Shown: piece after piece, positions 21,364 through 30,243 of the stretch
How positions within the stretch are numbered: the first letter of the stretch is position 1
Layout: every line of letters starts with the position of its first letter
NCBI GenBank assembly: GCA_963754925.1
Contig: CAVWHX010000003.1
Coordinates: forward strand, 576,001 to 640,000
From: an uncultured delta proteobacterium
Lineage (GTDB): Bacteria; Myxococcota; B64-G9
Direction of reading: 5' to 3'
Length of the DNA stretch: 64,000 nt
Notes under the pieces: model-generated
What the model saw: the letters and a program-made list of their open reading frames with translations, nothing else
Told to the model about the DNA's origin: nothing
The model's database searches: none
Made by a program: the position numbers and the translations under genes

Positions 21364-22236
21364 CTACAAAGCTCTTACCCATTCGGGCCGGAGCATGTTT
21401 TTGTCTTCGAGCGCTCGATCGATGAGCCCCAGGATACGATCTTTATCCCGCGGGATCTGGCCGTTCATCGGCAGGTAGTTTGAGGCGTGCTCGGTCCCGA
21501 ACCGGCAATCGGTGAGTGAGAGGTCCTCGACAAACCAACGGAGCTCCTGCAGCGTTTGCATCTTATCCGGCAGTTTGAAACCGCCGCCCATGATCTTGGT
21601 TTCGTAGATATCGAGTAACGGCCCCAGCATCAGAGTCAGGCAAGCGACAAAAGGCGGATCGATGGCGTTGACGACTTTGGCCGAGTCTTTGGCGTGCTCG
21701 CGACTGCCCTCCACGCCGCCGAGACCCAGGAGAATAAATGTGGAAAGTCTTAATCCCGCGTCCAGGGCCTTACGGCAACCTTCGATAATTTGAGCGACCG
21801 TGGCCCCTTTTTTGATCCGCTTGAGCAAGGCTTCATTGCCGGTCTCTATGCCGAAGTACAAGACATCCAGCTTCTTGTCCTTCAGTTGCTTGAGCTCGTC
21901 GACGCTTTTTTCCATGAGGTTGGTGGGTCCGGCGTAGATGCTGACACGCTCGAGATGTTTGAAGCGCTCGTTGAGCAGCGTCATCACTCGGAGAAGGAAG
22001 GCCGTATCCACACCCAGGGCGTCACCATCGGCGAGAAAAATCTTATGCGCATGCGGATAAGCCCGGGACATCTCTATGATGTCTTCTTCGACGGCTTCCC
22101 ACGGCCTCACTTCGTATTTTTTTCCTTTGTACATCGCGCAAAACACGCATCGGTTCCATGAGCAACCCAGCGTTACCTGAAAGATGAGCGACTGTGCTTC
22201 GGAGGGCGGCCGATACAGCGGCATATCGTACTGCAT
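21364..22236 (-). CDS. Radical SAM protein (YRPPSEA-type, function unknown)
   Basis: YRPPSEA..GCSWNRCVFCAMY (CxxxCxxC), FLADGDAL, GIETG, HASNYL. Confidence 0.92.
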   Translation of the reverse strand: MQYDMPLYRPPSEAQSLIFQVTLGCSWNRCVFCAMYKGKKYEVRPWEAVEEDIIEMSRAYPHAHKIFLADGDALGVDTAFLLRVMTLLNERFKHLERVSIYAGPTNLMEKSVDELKQLKDKKLDVLYFGIETGNEALLKRIKKGATVAQIIEGCRKALDAGLRLSTFILLGLGGVEGSREHAKDSAKVVNAIDPPFVACLTLMLGPLLDIYETKIMGGGFKLPDKMQTLQELRWFVEDLSLTDCRFGTEHASNYLPMNGQIPRDKDRILGLIDRALEDKNMLRPEWVRAL

Positions 22237-22557
22237 TCAAAAAACCTCTCTGTTCATGTTGTCTGAGGCCTCACTATGAATTCAATACCTACATCCACAA
22301 CCACGTTCATCTTGATCCTGAACGTACACAAATTTTGTATTTTATCAATTTTCCTGCATTTCAAGTAGCTATTTCTTCATTCAAACAATAATGGCTTTGT
22401 CACCACACACCCAACCGCACGCCGATGTCAGTATTGCATGATATTTTGTTGCCTCCAAGCCTTCTCATTGGCATACTCTGACCGAATTTTGTCAGAGGTA
22501 CTCAACCAGTGGAGGCTTCCGATCGTTGTTCACCTTTCTTTTTTAAGGAGAATCACC

Positions 22558-23121
22558 ATGTACAGAAGCTATCTCGTAGTGGGGATTTTTTCATTAACCA
22601 TGCTGTTGGTGACCGGTACAGCCCTCGCGCAGGGATCGTCAGCCCCCGGCGACGAACCCGTGACTGCCGAGCCCGAGCCTACCGATGAATCGGTTAAGGA
22701 ACCGGTTACACCCCCGGTGCTGATCAAAAAGGAAGAAATCAAGGTGAAGATGGCCAATCTTCCCGAACCGGTTCAGATGGCTGTTAAGAAGCAGACAAAG
22801 GGCATCAAGGCCTACTCCCTTTTCAAGAAGACTACGGGCATGGAGACAACCTTCGAAGTGAAAATGAAGGTGAAAGGCTTGGCGAAAGAGATTGAAATCG
22901 ACACCGATGGCAACGTCGTCAAGGTTGAGCAAGAAGTAAAATGGGCCAGCGTGCCTGCCAAAGTGAAGAAAGGGCTTACCGCCAGTGCCGGCAAGGGCAA
23001 GATCGTCAAAGTCAAGTCGATCGCCAAAGGCGGTAGCGTGACCTACGAGGCCACGATTAAAACCGGCAAGGAAACTTCCACCGTTTTTGTGGGCGCTGAT
23101 GGCATGGCGGTTCAGCAGTAG
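22558..23121 (+). CDS. Exported PepSY-like (DUF2874-type) repeat protein
   Basis: Signal peptide ending TALA; two LP/VP-xxVxxxxxK...F/YE...DxDG repeats; AAGGAG RBS. Confidence 0.65.
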   Translation: MYRSYLVVGIFSLTMLLVTGTALAQGSSAPGDEPVTAEPEPTDESVKEPVTPPVLIKKEEIKVKMANLPEPVQMAVKKQTKGIKAYSLFKKTTGMETTFEVKMKVKGLAKEIEIDTDGNVVKVEQEVKWASVPAKVKKGLTASAGKGKIVKVKSIAKGGSVTYEATIKTGKETSTVFVGADGMAVQQ

Positions 23122-23151
23122 CCCATTCAATGTTCCGCTCCCGTAAGGACG

Positions 23152-23829
23152 ATGAAAAAAGCCGTCATACTGTTATCCGGTGGGTTAGACTCCACGGTAA
23201 CCTTAGCGCATGCCAAAAGCCGGGGATATATCTGTTATGCCTTGACTGCAGATTACGGTCAGCGCCATCGCATTGAAATTGAACAGGCGCGACAAATTGC
23301 AAAAGCCATGGCGGTCGCGGAACACAAGGTCATCGCCGTCGATTTGCGCGCAATCGGCGGATCGGCGCTCACCGATTCCATTACGGTGCCAAAATCGCGG
23401 CAACCGATTGGTGCGGAAATTCCCATCACGTATGTGCCGGCGCGCAATACCATTTTGCTTTCCCTCGCGCTTGCCTGGGCCGAGGTCGTCCGCGCCGATG
23501 CGATTTTCATTGGCGCCAATGCGGTGGATTACTCGGGCTATCCCGATTGCAGGCCTGAATACCTTCAGGCCTTTGAGCAACTTGCGGGATTAGCCACCAA
23601 GGCGGGTACGGCAGAGGATTGGCGCGTCAGGATCGAAGCTCCCCTCATAACTTTGTCCAAAGCTGAGATCGTAACGCTCGGAAGAAAACTGAATGTCGAT
23701 TTTTCTCTCACCACATCCTGTTACAATCCGGGACCCCACGGCCGGCCCTGCGGCCTGTGCGACTCCTGTCGTTTGCGTCAGAAAGGTTTCAGGGAGGCAG
23801 GGGAACAAGACCCGCGAATGGATGGATAA
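23152..23829 (+). CDS. queC: 7-cyano-7-deazaguanine synthase
   Basis: [37 protein letters not shown] Zn site. Confidence 0.97.
   Translation: MKKAVILLSGGLDSTVTLAHAKSRGYICYALTADYGQRHRIEIEQARQIAKAMAVAEHKVIAVDLRAIGGSALTDSITVPKSRQPIGAEIPITYVPARNTILLSLALAWAEVVRADAIFIGANAVDYSGYPDCRPEYLQAFEQLAGLATKAGTAEDWRVRIEAPLITLSKAEIVTLGRKLNVDFSLTTSCYNPGPHGRPCGLCDSCRLRQKGFREAGEQDPRMDG
23723..23824 (+). repeat. 102-bp direct repeat copy 1 (queC 3' end)
   Basis: ACAATCCGGG...GCGAATGGATG; matches 24670-24771 with one mismatch seen. Confidence 0.95.
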
Positions 23830-23863
23830 CCTCCCCAATCGGCGTCAGTGGTTCACTAACGGC

Positions 23864-24595
23864 TTAAACAAATCGAGTGATCATGAAGATGAACAGGACA
23901 CCGGCGATGGTGAGCGCGATCTTTTGATAGGAACTCTCCCGGCTGTGCGCTTCGGGAAGGATGTCGCTAGCTCCGATGTACAGCAGGAATCCGGCGAAGA
24001 ATCCTAGATACAGAACCAGGAATTGTTGGGGAACCTTCAGCCAGAACATTGACAGGGCACCGAGAACCGGTGCTATCGCGTCCAGCAGCAGGAACCACTT
24101 CGATTTCGACGGGGTGTTCTTGTGGAGGAGCATGAGCGTCACCGTATTCATGCCGTCGGTGAAATCGTGGGAGATGACCGCCAGGGCCACCAGCACGCCC
24201 ACGGATGCGCTAACCTGGAAACCCAGGCCGACTCCAACGCCATCCATGAAGCTGTGACCGATCAAAGCCAGGGCGGAGAAGACGCCCACCTGGGGATGCT
24301 GATGATGGACATAGTCCTCCTCGTGGCCGTGATGGATAAGGATCACCTTCTCAAGGATATGGAAGAGCATGAACCCGACGACCACAGCACCCATGGCGTG
24401 AATGGGCTCGAGGTGATTGACGTAAACCCGTTCGACGATCTGGGGAAGGATGTCGAAAAAGACCACCCCGAGCAGGACGCCAGCCGTGAAGCTCATGATG
24501 AGATAAAGCCTGTCCTGGAACCGGATCGCGAACAGACCTCCGATGGCGGTGGAAAAGAACGTCGCGAACGAGAAAAGTAGGACGATCAAGGTCAT
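23864..24595 (-). CDS. ZIP-family metal transporter (ZupT-like)
   Basis: FTAGVLLG, His-rich loop HHGHEEDYVHHQH, TM4 HSFMDG, TM5 HDFTDG, DILPEAH. Confidence 0.93.
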   Translation of the reverse strand: MTLIVLLFSFATFFSTAIGGLFAIRFQDRLYLIMSFTAGVLLGVVFFDILPQIVERVYVNHLEPIHAMGAVVVGFMLFHILEKVILIHHGHEEDYVHHQHPQVGVFSALALIGHSFMDGVGVGLGFQVSASVGVLVALAVISHDFTDGMNTVTLMLLHKNTPSKSKWFLLLDAIAPVLGALSMFWLKVPQQFLVLYLGFFAGFLLYIGASDILPEAHSRESSYQKIALTIAGVLFIFMITRFV

Positions 24596-24640
24596 GGAAA
24601 AATTCCGTACGAATGCGGAGATTCTTGCAGTTTCGATTGG

Positions 24641-24670
24641 AACACTATAACAGATTGAAATCATTTTCAA
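24641..24670 (-). promoter_or_regulatory. Zur/Fur-like box overlapping the probable ZIP promoter
   Basis: Minus strand TTGAAAATGATTTCAA (24670-24655) followed by TGT-TATAGT extended -10. Confidence 0.55.
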
Positions 24671-24771
24671 CAATCCGGGACCCCACGGCCGGCCCTGCGG
24701 CGTGTGCGACTCCTGTCGTTTGCGTCAGAAAGGTTTCAGGGAGGCAGGGGAACAAGACCCGCGAATGGATG
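24670..24771 (+). repeat. 102-bp direct repeat copy 2 (orphan queC 3' end ending DV-stop)
   Basis: Encodes [34 protein letters not shown] with no upstream queC. Confidence 0.95.
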
Positions 24772-24810
24772 TCTAGTTCGGATTTCTCACCCAAAAAACA
24801 ATGCACCATC

Positions 24811-24839
24811 TTGACAGGCTGACATAGCGTAGCAATACT
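24811..24839 (+). promoter_or_regulatory. sigma70-like promoter for the leader ORF/TonB operon
   Basis: TTGACA, 17-nt spacer, AATACT. Confidence 0.45.
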
Positions 24840-24871
24840 TAGCCAAGGGTCCGGTGGACGATCGAGCTATC

Positions 24872-25315
24872 ATGCGCAACTCTTCTCAAATCTCTTTCTG
24901 GAAACCCGGTGTTGCCGGTCGCCGTCTAGCGATCGCGCTCTCGTCGTTGACGTTGATTGCGCAACTCTCAAGCTTCGCACACCCGCTTCTCGTACGGCAT
25001 GTCATCTGCCCCGAGCATGGCGAGCTCATCGACCTGGATGATCATGACGGTTCCGCGCCCAGCCGGGCAGTCGCTAAAGTTGCACTGCCGGGGAATACCG
25101 CCATCCAGGCCATGCCTGAAACACCCGCAGTACCAGGACACGGCCACTGTCCTCTCGCCTTTCACCGCCGAGAGGGAAACATCCTGTCCCCCTGCAGCGT
25201 GGCTGCCGTAAATAATCTCCCCCAATCAGTCAGTAGTTACCGAGTCGAGGACGCGCCGCGTCCCGCATTGGTCGCCCTGTTTCGGGTGGCCCCGAAGAAC
25301 TCTCCGCCAGCCTAG
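24872..25315 (+). CDS. Small His/Cys-rich exported/anchored protein, DUF2946/CruR-like leader with C-terminal APKNSPPA
   Basis: Hydrophobic N-terminal segment, H-x5-HVICPEH, GHGHC, Pro-rich tail ending LFRVAPKNSPPA; directly upstream of the TonB receptor. Confidence 0.6.
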   Translation: MRNSSQISFWKPGVAGRRLAIALSSLTLIAQLSSFAHPLLVRHVICPEHGELIDLDDHDGSAPSRAVAKVALPGNTAIQAMPETPAVPGHGHCPLAFHRREGNILSPCSVAAVNNLPQSVSSYRVEDAPRPALVALFRVAPKNSPPA

Positions 25316-25361
25316 TCCCCCACAGTAACCGCCCCGATCCCGCATCGCGCCCGCGAGCGCA

Positions 25362-25396
25362 GGGCTTCACGTGCTCGATTCGAGCACGTGAAGCCC
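25362..25396. promoter_or_regulatory. Perfect 17-bp inverted repeat between leader ORF and TonB receptor
   Basis: GGGCTTCACGTGCTCGA-T-TCGAGCACGTGAAGCCC; no U-tract on the + strand. Confidence 0.6.
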
Positions 25397-25532
25397 CAAA
25401 TGTCCCGTGGGTTCGCCCGGGGCCGCGGTGTCGTTTCCACTATCTCCGTGAACGCCTAAACGCGATTCGGCGCTCGCGAAAGGGTCTGCTCTCGTCCGCA
25501 ACAGGCGTTTTTGCGGACCGAAGGACCCCACG

Positions 25533-28235
25533 ATGTGGTGCAAGGAGTCATGCATGCAGAATTGGTCAAGACAACGAGTGAGACTTCCGGAAGAGCGGAC
25601 AACGTGCGTCCCTGAAAACTGGACCACGCGTCTTCCGGGATGGCCCGCGTGTATCACGGCGGTCTGCATGTGCTGCTGGCTACCGCATGCCGGCGCGCAG
25701 GAGACTCCGTCGGCGCCGGAGCCGGTGAACCCGCCTGAGGCTATCCAGCGCGTGGACGCGATTTACCCGCCGGAAGCGCTGGCCGCGCGCCAGGAAGCAA
25801 ACGTCACGCTCCTCGTCACCGTCGGGATCGACGGAACCGTCACCGACGTAACCGTGGCCGAGAGCGGCGCCGAGCAGTTCGACCAGGCGGCGATTGCGGC
25901 GGTGAAGCAATGGAGATTCGTTCCGGCGCGCAGGGGGAACGAGGTCGTCGTTACTCGTATCCGGATTCCTTTCCGGTTCGTGCTGCCGGCGGTCGAAACG
26001 GTGGTTCCAGCCCCGGCTCCGACACCGCCTACCCCGACGCCGTCGCCCGCACCGACGATGGAATCTGAAACGCCCTCGACCGAGCCGGAAGCACCCTCCA
26101 CGGAAGCTCCCGAGAAGCCGGTAGAGGGCCCCAACGAAGCACCTATCGACGTTACGGTTCGTGGCCGCTCGCGGCCCCCCAGCCGGGGAACCTCCGACTA
26201 TCAGCTCGACGTCGGCAGTCTCGCGGCGGTTCCTCGCCAGAATGCCGCGGAACTGCTCAAGCTCGCGCCGGGCATCCTCCTGACCAACGAGGGCGGCGAG
26301 GCTCATGCCGAGCAAGTGTTCCTTCGCGGCTTCGACGCACGGGAAGGACAGGACATCGAGTTCACCGTCGACGGCGTGCCGATCAATGAGAGCGGCAACA
26401 TCCACGGCAACGGCTACTCGGATACGCACTTCATAATCCCCGAGCTGATCGAATCATTGCGCGTGGTCGAGGGACCCTTTGATCCGCGGCAGGGCAACTA
26501 CGCCGTGGCTGGCTCGGCCGACTACCATCTTGCGCTCGCACAACGGGGCTTCACGGCCAAGTCCTCTGTGGGGAGCTTCGGAACCTACCGTCAGCTCCTG
26601 ACGTACGGCCCGCCCGGAGGCAGCCCGGGGACTTTTATCGCGGCCGAGTTGTATCAGACAAACGGCTTTGGCCAGAATCGCGACGGCCGGCGCGGCACGT
26701 TCATGGGTCGGTATGAGGGCCAGGCCGGCGCGTCCACGAGTTACAGCATCACCGCGACCGCGTACGTCGCGAGCTTCCACACGGCCGGCGTGCTCCGGGA
26801 TGACGATTACCGTTCCGGCCGCGTGGGCTTCTTCGACACCTACGATCCGCTGCAGGGCGAGGACTCGTCACGCTACTCGCTCGCCGGCGAGATCGAAACC
26901 CGCGCGGAGAAGATCGTCACCCGGAATCTAGTCTTCCTCATCTACCGGCCGCTTCGAATTCGGGAGAACTTCACCGGCTTCCTGCTCGACGTCCAAGAGC
27001 CGCTTCAGAGTCCTCACGGACAGCGGGGCGACTTGATCGATATGCACAACACCGCCTGGACGTTCGGAGCCAAGGGAAGCGCACGACTCACGGGCGAGGT
27101 CCTCGCGCAGCCCCAGGAAATCGAGATCGGCTACTTCGCCCGCGGCGATGTCGTCTCTTCAATGCAGCAGCGCATCGAGGCCGCGACAGGTCATCCGTAT
27201 CACACGGATGCGGACCTCGACTCAACGCTCGGCGACATCGGTCTCTACGCGGACGCGAACCTGCGTGTCATTCGCTGGTTGTCGCTGCGCGGCGGCGTTC
27301 GAGGCGATCTTTTTACGTTCGACGTCAACAACCTCTGCGCCGTCCAATCGGTCGAAAACCCTTCGCCGACGAATCCCCCCGGCGACCAGTCGTGCCTGTC
27401 TCAACAAAACTTCGGCGCCTACCGCGACCCTAACCAGCGCGCGACGACGGCGAGCACGGTTTTCCTGCCGCGCGGCTCACTAATCATAGGTCCGTTCTGG
27501 GACTTCAGCGCTTCCGCGAGCGTCGGACAGGGAGTCCGGTCTATCGATCCCATTTACATTACCCAGGACGCGAAGACGCCGTTCGCGAGCGTCACCGCGT
27601 ACGAAGGCGGCATCTCGTTCCAGCATCGATTCTTGAACAACATGGATGTGGGCCTGCGTTCCGTCGTGTTCGACACGGCCGTCAATCACGATCTCATCTT
27701 CTCGCAGACCGTGGGGAGCAACGTTCTTGCGGGAGCAACGACGCGTCTGGGATCGGCGAACTCCGTCCGCCTGACGGGCCCCTTTTACGATATCGCGGCC
27801 AACCTTACCTACGTCAAGGCGACCTTCGACGCCACGCACCTGCTCATCCCCTACGTGCCGGACCTCGTCTTCCGTGCGGACACCGCTCTGCACGGCGACC
27901 TGCCTTGGTGGAGCGAGCGCCTGCTCAACCATCCGCTGCGAGCGTCGTTCGCCACGGGCATCACCTACGTGGGCCCGCGGCCGCTTCCTTACGGGAGTCG
28001 CTCGGACATCATCTTCACCGTCGACAGCACCCTTACGGTGGGCTGGTGGTTCCTCGATTTCAGCCTCTCGGTCCAGAACCTTTTAGATGTCCGCTACCGG
28101 CTCGGCGAATACAACTACGCCTCGGATTTCCACACCCAGCCGTACCCGACGCTGGTGCCGGTGCGTATGTTCTCTGCCGGCGCGCCGCGCACGATCCTTT
28201 TCTCGGTTGCTCTCAACTACGGAGATGGACGATGA
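25533..28235 (+). CDS. TonB-dependent receptor with N-terminal TonB_C domain (start uncertain)
   Basis: YPPEALAARQEANV..DGTV..FDQAAIAAVKQWRFVPA (TonB_C); Pro/Glu linker; plug FLRGFDAREGQD..VDGVPIN..HGNGYSD; barrel end VQNLLD..GAPRT. Confidence 0.93.
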   Translation: MWCKESCMQNWSRQRVRLPEERTTCVPENWTTRLPGWPACITAVCMCCWLPHAGAQETPSAPEPVNPPEAIQRVDAIYPPEALAARQEANVTLLVTVGIDGTVTDVTVAESGAEQFDQAAIAAVKQWRFVPARRGNEVVVTRIRIPFRFVLPAVETVVPAPAPTPPTPTPSPAPTMESETPSTEPEAPSTEAPEKPVEGPNEAPIDVTVRGRSRPPSRGTSDYQLDVGSLAAVPRQNAAELLKLAPGILLTNEGGEAHAEQVFLRGFDAREGQDIEFTVDGVPINESGNIHGNGYSDTHFIIPELIESLRVVEGPFDPRQGNYAVAGSADYHLALAQRGFTAKSSVGSFGTYRQLLTYGPPGGSPGTFIAAELYQTNGFGQNRDGRRGTFMGRYEGQAGASTSYSITATAYVASFHTAGVLRDDDYRSGRVGFFDTYDPLQGEDSSRYSLAGEIETRAEKIVTRNLVFLIYRPLRIRENFTGFLLDVQEPLQSPHGQRGDLIDMHNTAWTFGAKGSARLTGEVLAQPQEIEIGYFARGDVVSSMQQRIEAATGHPYHTDADLDSTLGDIGLYADANLRVIRWLSLRGGVRGDLFTFDVNNLCAVQSVENPSPTNPPGDQSCLSQQNFGAYRDPNQRATTASTVFLPRGSLIIGPFWDFSASASVGQGVRSIDPIYITQDAKTPFASVTAYEGGISFQHRFLNNMDVGLRSVVFDTAVNHDLIFSQTVGSNVLAGATTRLGSANSVRLTGPFYDIAANLTYVKATFDATHLLIPYVPDLVFRADTALHGDLPWWSERLLNHPLRASFATGITYVGPRPLPYGSRSDIIFTVDSTLTVGWWFLDFSLSVQNLLDVRYRLGEYNYASDFHTQPYPTLVPVRMFSAGAPRTILFSVALNYGDGR

Positions 28236-29011
28236 AACCACTCACTCTTCTCATGCTCCTCGCGGCAGGCTGCGGCGGCTCGACCGGAAGCGCGCTCGTG
28301 ACGTTCGGGGCCACCGCGTCGGGACCCGCCGACGCCACGGGCGGGCCGCTGTCCTTCACCAGCGGCTACGGCGCTCAAGTGACGTTGACGAGCGCGACTC
28401 TGTACATCGGGGCCGTATACTTGAACCAGTCGGTGCCGGTATCCGGCGCGGCGTCCGAGCCTTGCATTTCGCCGGGCATCTACGTCGGACAGGTCTTCGG
28501 CCCTGTCGACGTGGACCTCCTCTCGCCGTCTCCGCAACAATTTCCGACCCGGGGTGAAGGGACGCAGACAGCGGCCAAGACCGCCGAGGTGTGGCTCACC
28601 AGCGGCGATGTCAACGCGGCCGGTGATTCGACGGTGATTCTCGACGTCGAGGGCACGGCCGTTCAAAGCGGCCAGACCTTCCCCTTCACAGCCGCCGTAA
28701 CCATCGGATCGAACCGCCAGATACCGGTGACCAACCCGGCGCTGCCGGGCGCAAACCCAATCTGCCATCAGCGAATCGTGACGCCGATCCTCGTCGACAT
28801 AACGCCGACGAATGGCGGAACGCTGGTCCTCGAGATCGATCCGCGACCGATGTTCAACGCGGTCGATTTTACGACGCTGACGAAAGTCTCGGACGCCCCG
28901 GTCCAGTATCAGATCCCGGACACCAACGCCGGACAGGGCGGCGCTCTCTTCAAAGGAATGGAAGCGAACTACGGCGTCTACACATTCACGTGGAGGGATG
29001 CCGGGCAATGA
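28232..29011 (+). CDS. Lipoprotein of unknown function in TonB operon
   Basis: MKPLTLLMLLAAGC lipobox; ATGA overlap with the receptor stop. Confidence 0.8.
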   Translation: MKPLTLLMLLAAGCGGSTGSALVTFGATASGPADATGGPLSFTSGYGAQVTLTSATLYIGAVYLNQSVPVSGAASEPCISPGIYVGQVFGPVDVDLLSPSPQQFPTRGEGTQTAAKTAEVWLTSGDVNAAGDSTVILDVEGTAVQSGQTFPFTAAVTIGSNRQIPVTNPALPGANPICHQRIVTPILVDITPTNGGTLVLEIDPRPMFNAVDFTTLTKVSDAPVQYQIPDTNAGQGGALFKGMEANYGVYTFTWRDAGQ

Positions 29012-29063
29012 ACGTAACGAAGAAGTTGTCATGCAGTCAAACCCAAACCAAGGAGAAAGAATC

Positions 29064-30206
29064 ATGAATGCGAAGAAAATCATTTTCGTGCTGACCATGT
29101 GTGTCGGCGCGAGCGGCTGCGGAACAAATAACCCAACCGGAGGAACCTTTCAATTCACGGCGTCCGGAGAGGTGCTGGCGCTCAACGGCTATGCGTTTCC
29201 GCCAACCGCCGGCCAAACCGCGTTCGTCGACGGCTGGGAGGTGCAATTCAGCAAGCTCCTCGTCACCATCGACCACATAACGCTGTCGGAGAATCCGGAC
29301 CTGTCACCGACGGACCAATCGCAGACCGGCAAGAACATCGCGCAGCTCAACGGACCGTGGGCGATCGATCTCCACCAGGGCGGACCGCTGCCAGGCAAGG
29401 GCGGCGGCGATGAAGAGGCTTACCCCATCGCGACCCTCAACAAGCAGAACTTAAACGGCAACGCGCCGTTCGACGAGACCGTGCGCTACGCGTTCAGCTT
29501 CGACATCGTTCCCGCGACGGCATCGGCGACCTTTCTGCAGATGGACGCGAACGATAGCGACTACGCTGACATGGTGCAGAACGGCTGGACCGTGCTCTAC
29601 ATCGGAACAGCCACCTGGAACGGCGGCTCGTCCTGCACGTCGACCAACCCGAACTTCGACTTTACGCAGCTGCCACCGACGGTGAGCTTCCGTTTCGGGT
29701 TCGCATCACCAACCACTTACATCAACTGCCAGAACCCCGACAACGACCCGGCCCAAGGCCTCGACGGCGAGGCGCACGAGCGCGGCATCCAGGCGAAGGC
29801 CAACCAGACTGTTGTGGCCCAGGTCACCATACATACCGACCACCCCTTCTGGGAGAGCTTTGTTCACGATTCGCCGGCGCATTTCGACCAGCTCGCCGCC
29901 CTGGCTAATGACACGCAGGGCAACTACAACGTTACGCTCGATAGCACGCTCGGCGTCGACTACGAGGCATTCATGTTCGGGGCGAATCCGCTACCGTGGC
30001 GTTCGTGCCTGTCGACCTACACGCCGCCCAACAACAACCCGCAGATGGGTTTCGATTCGCTGGATGTGCCCTACGACCCGTCGGGCGATCCCGCGCACTA
30101 TATGCGCGATTACCACGACTACATGACCTACGACCAGAGCACGCAGGGCCATCTGAACGCGGACGGCCTGTGCTTCGTAAGCCGGAACTACCCGTCGCCT
30201 CCATGA
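29064..30206 (+). CDS. His-containing lipoprotein, probable metal-binding partner of the receptor
   Basis: MNAKKIIFVLTMCVGASGC lipobox; FVDGWEVQF, TIHTDHPFW..HDSPAHFD, QGHLNADGLC; AGGAG RBS. Confidence 0.75.
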   Translation: MNAKKIIFVLTMCVGASGCGTNNPTGGTFQFTASGEVLALNGYAFPPTAGQTAFVDGWEVQFSKLLVTIDHITLSENPDLSPTDQSQTGKNIAQLNGPWAIDLHQGGPLPGKGGGDEEAYPIATLNKQNLNGNAPFDETVRYAFSFDIVPATASATFLQMDANDSDYADMVQNGWTVLYIGTATWNGGSSCTSTNPNFDFTQLPPTVSFRFGFASPTTYINCQNPDNDPAQGLDGEAHERGIQAKANQTVVAQVTIHTDHPFWESFVHDSPAHFDQLAALANDTQGNYNVTLDSTLGVDYEAFMFGANPLPWRSCLSTYTPPNNNPQMGFDSLDVPYDPSGDPAHYMRDYHDYMTYDQSTQGHLNADGLCFVSRNYPSPP

Positions 30207-30243
30207 AGCGCGAGGGAATGCTGAACCCGACAAGGAGTACCAC

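Noticed and set aside
23152..23829. queC as part of a defence or DNA-modification system (Dpd, QatC, CBASS type IV)
   Set aside because: It has canonical housekeeping length and motifs, and no dpdA/tgt, TatD or cyclase neighbours.
25316..25560. Cobalamin riboswitch upstream of the TonB receptor
   Set aside because: I could not find the B12-box or GGGAA/GCCACTG core; an Rfam scan would settle it.
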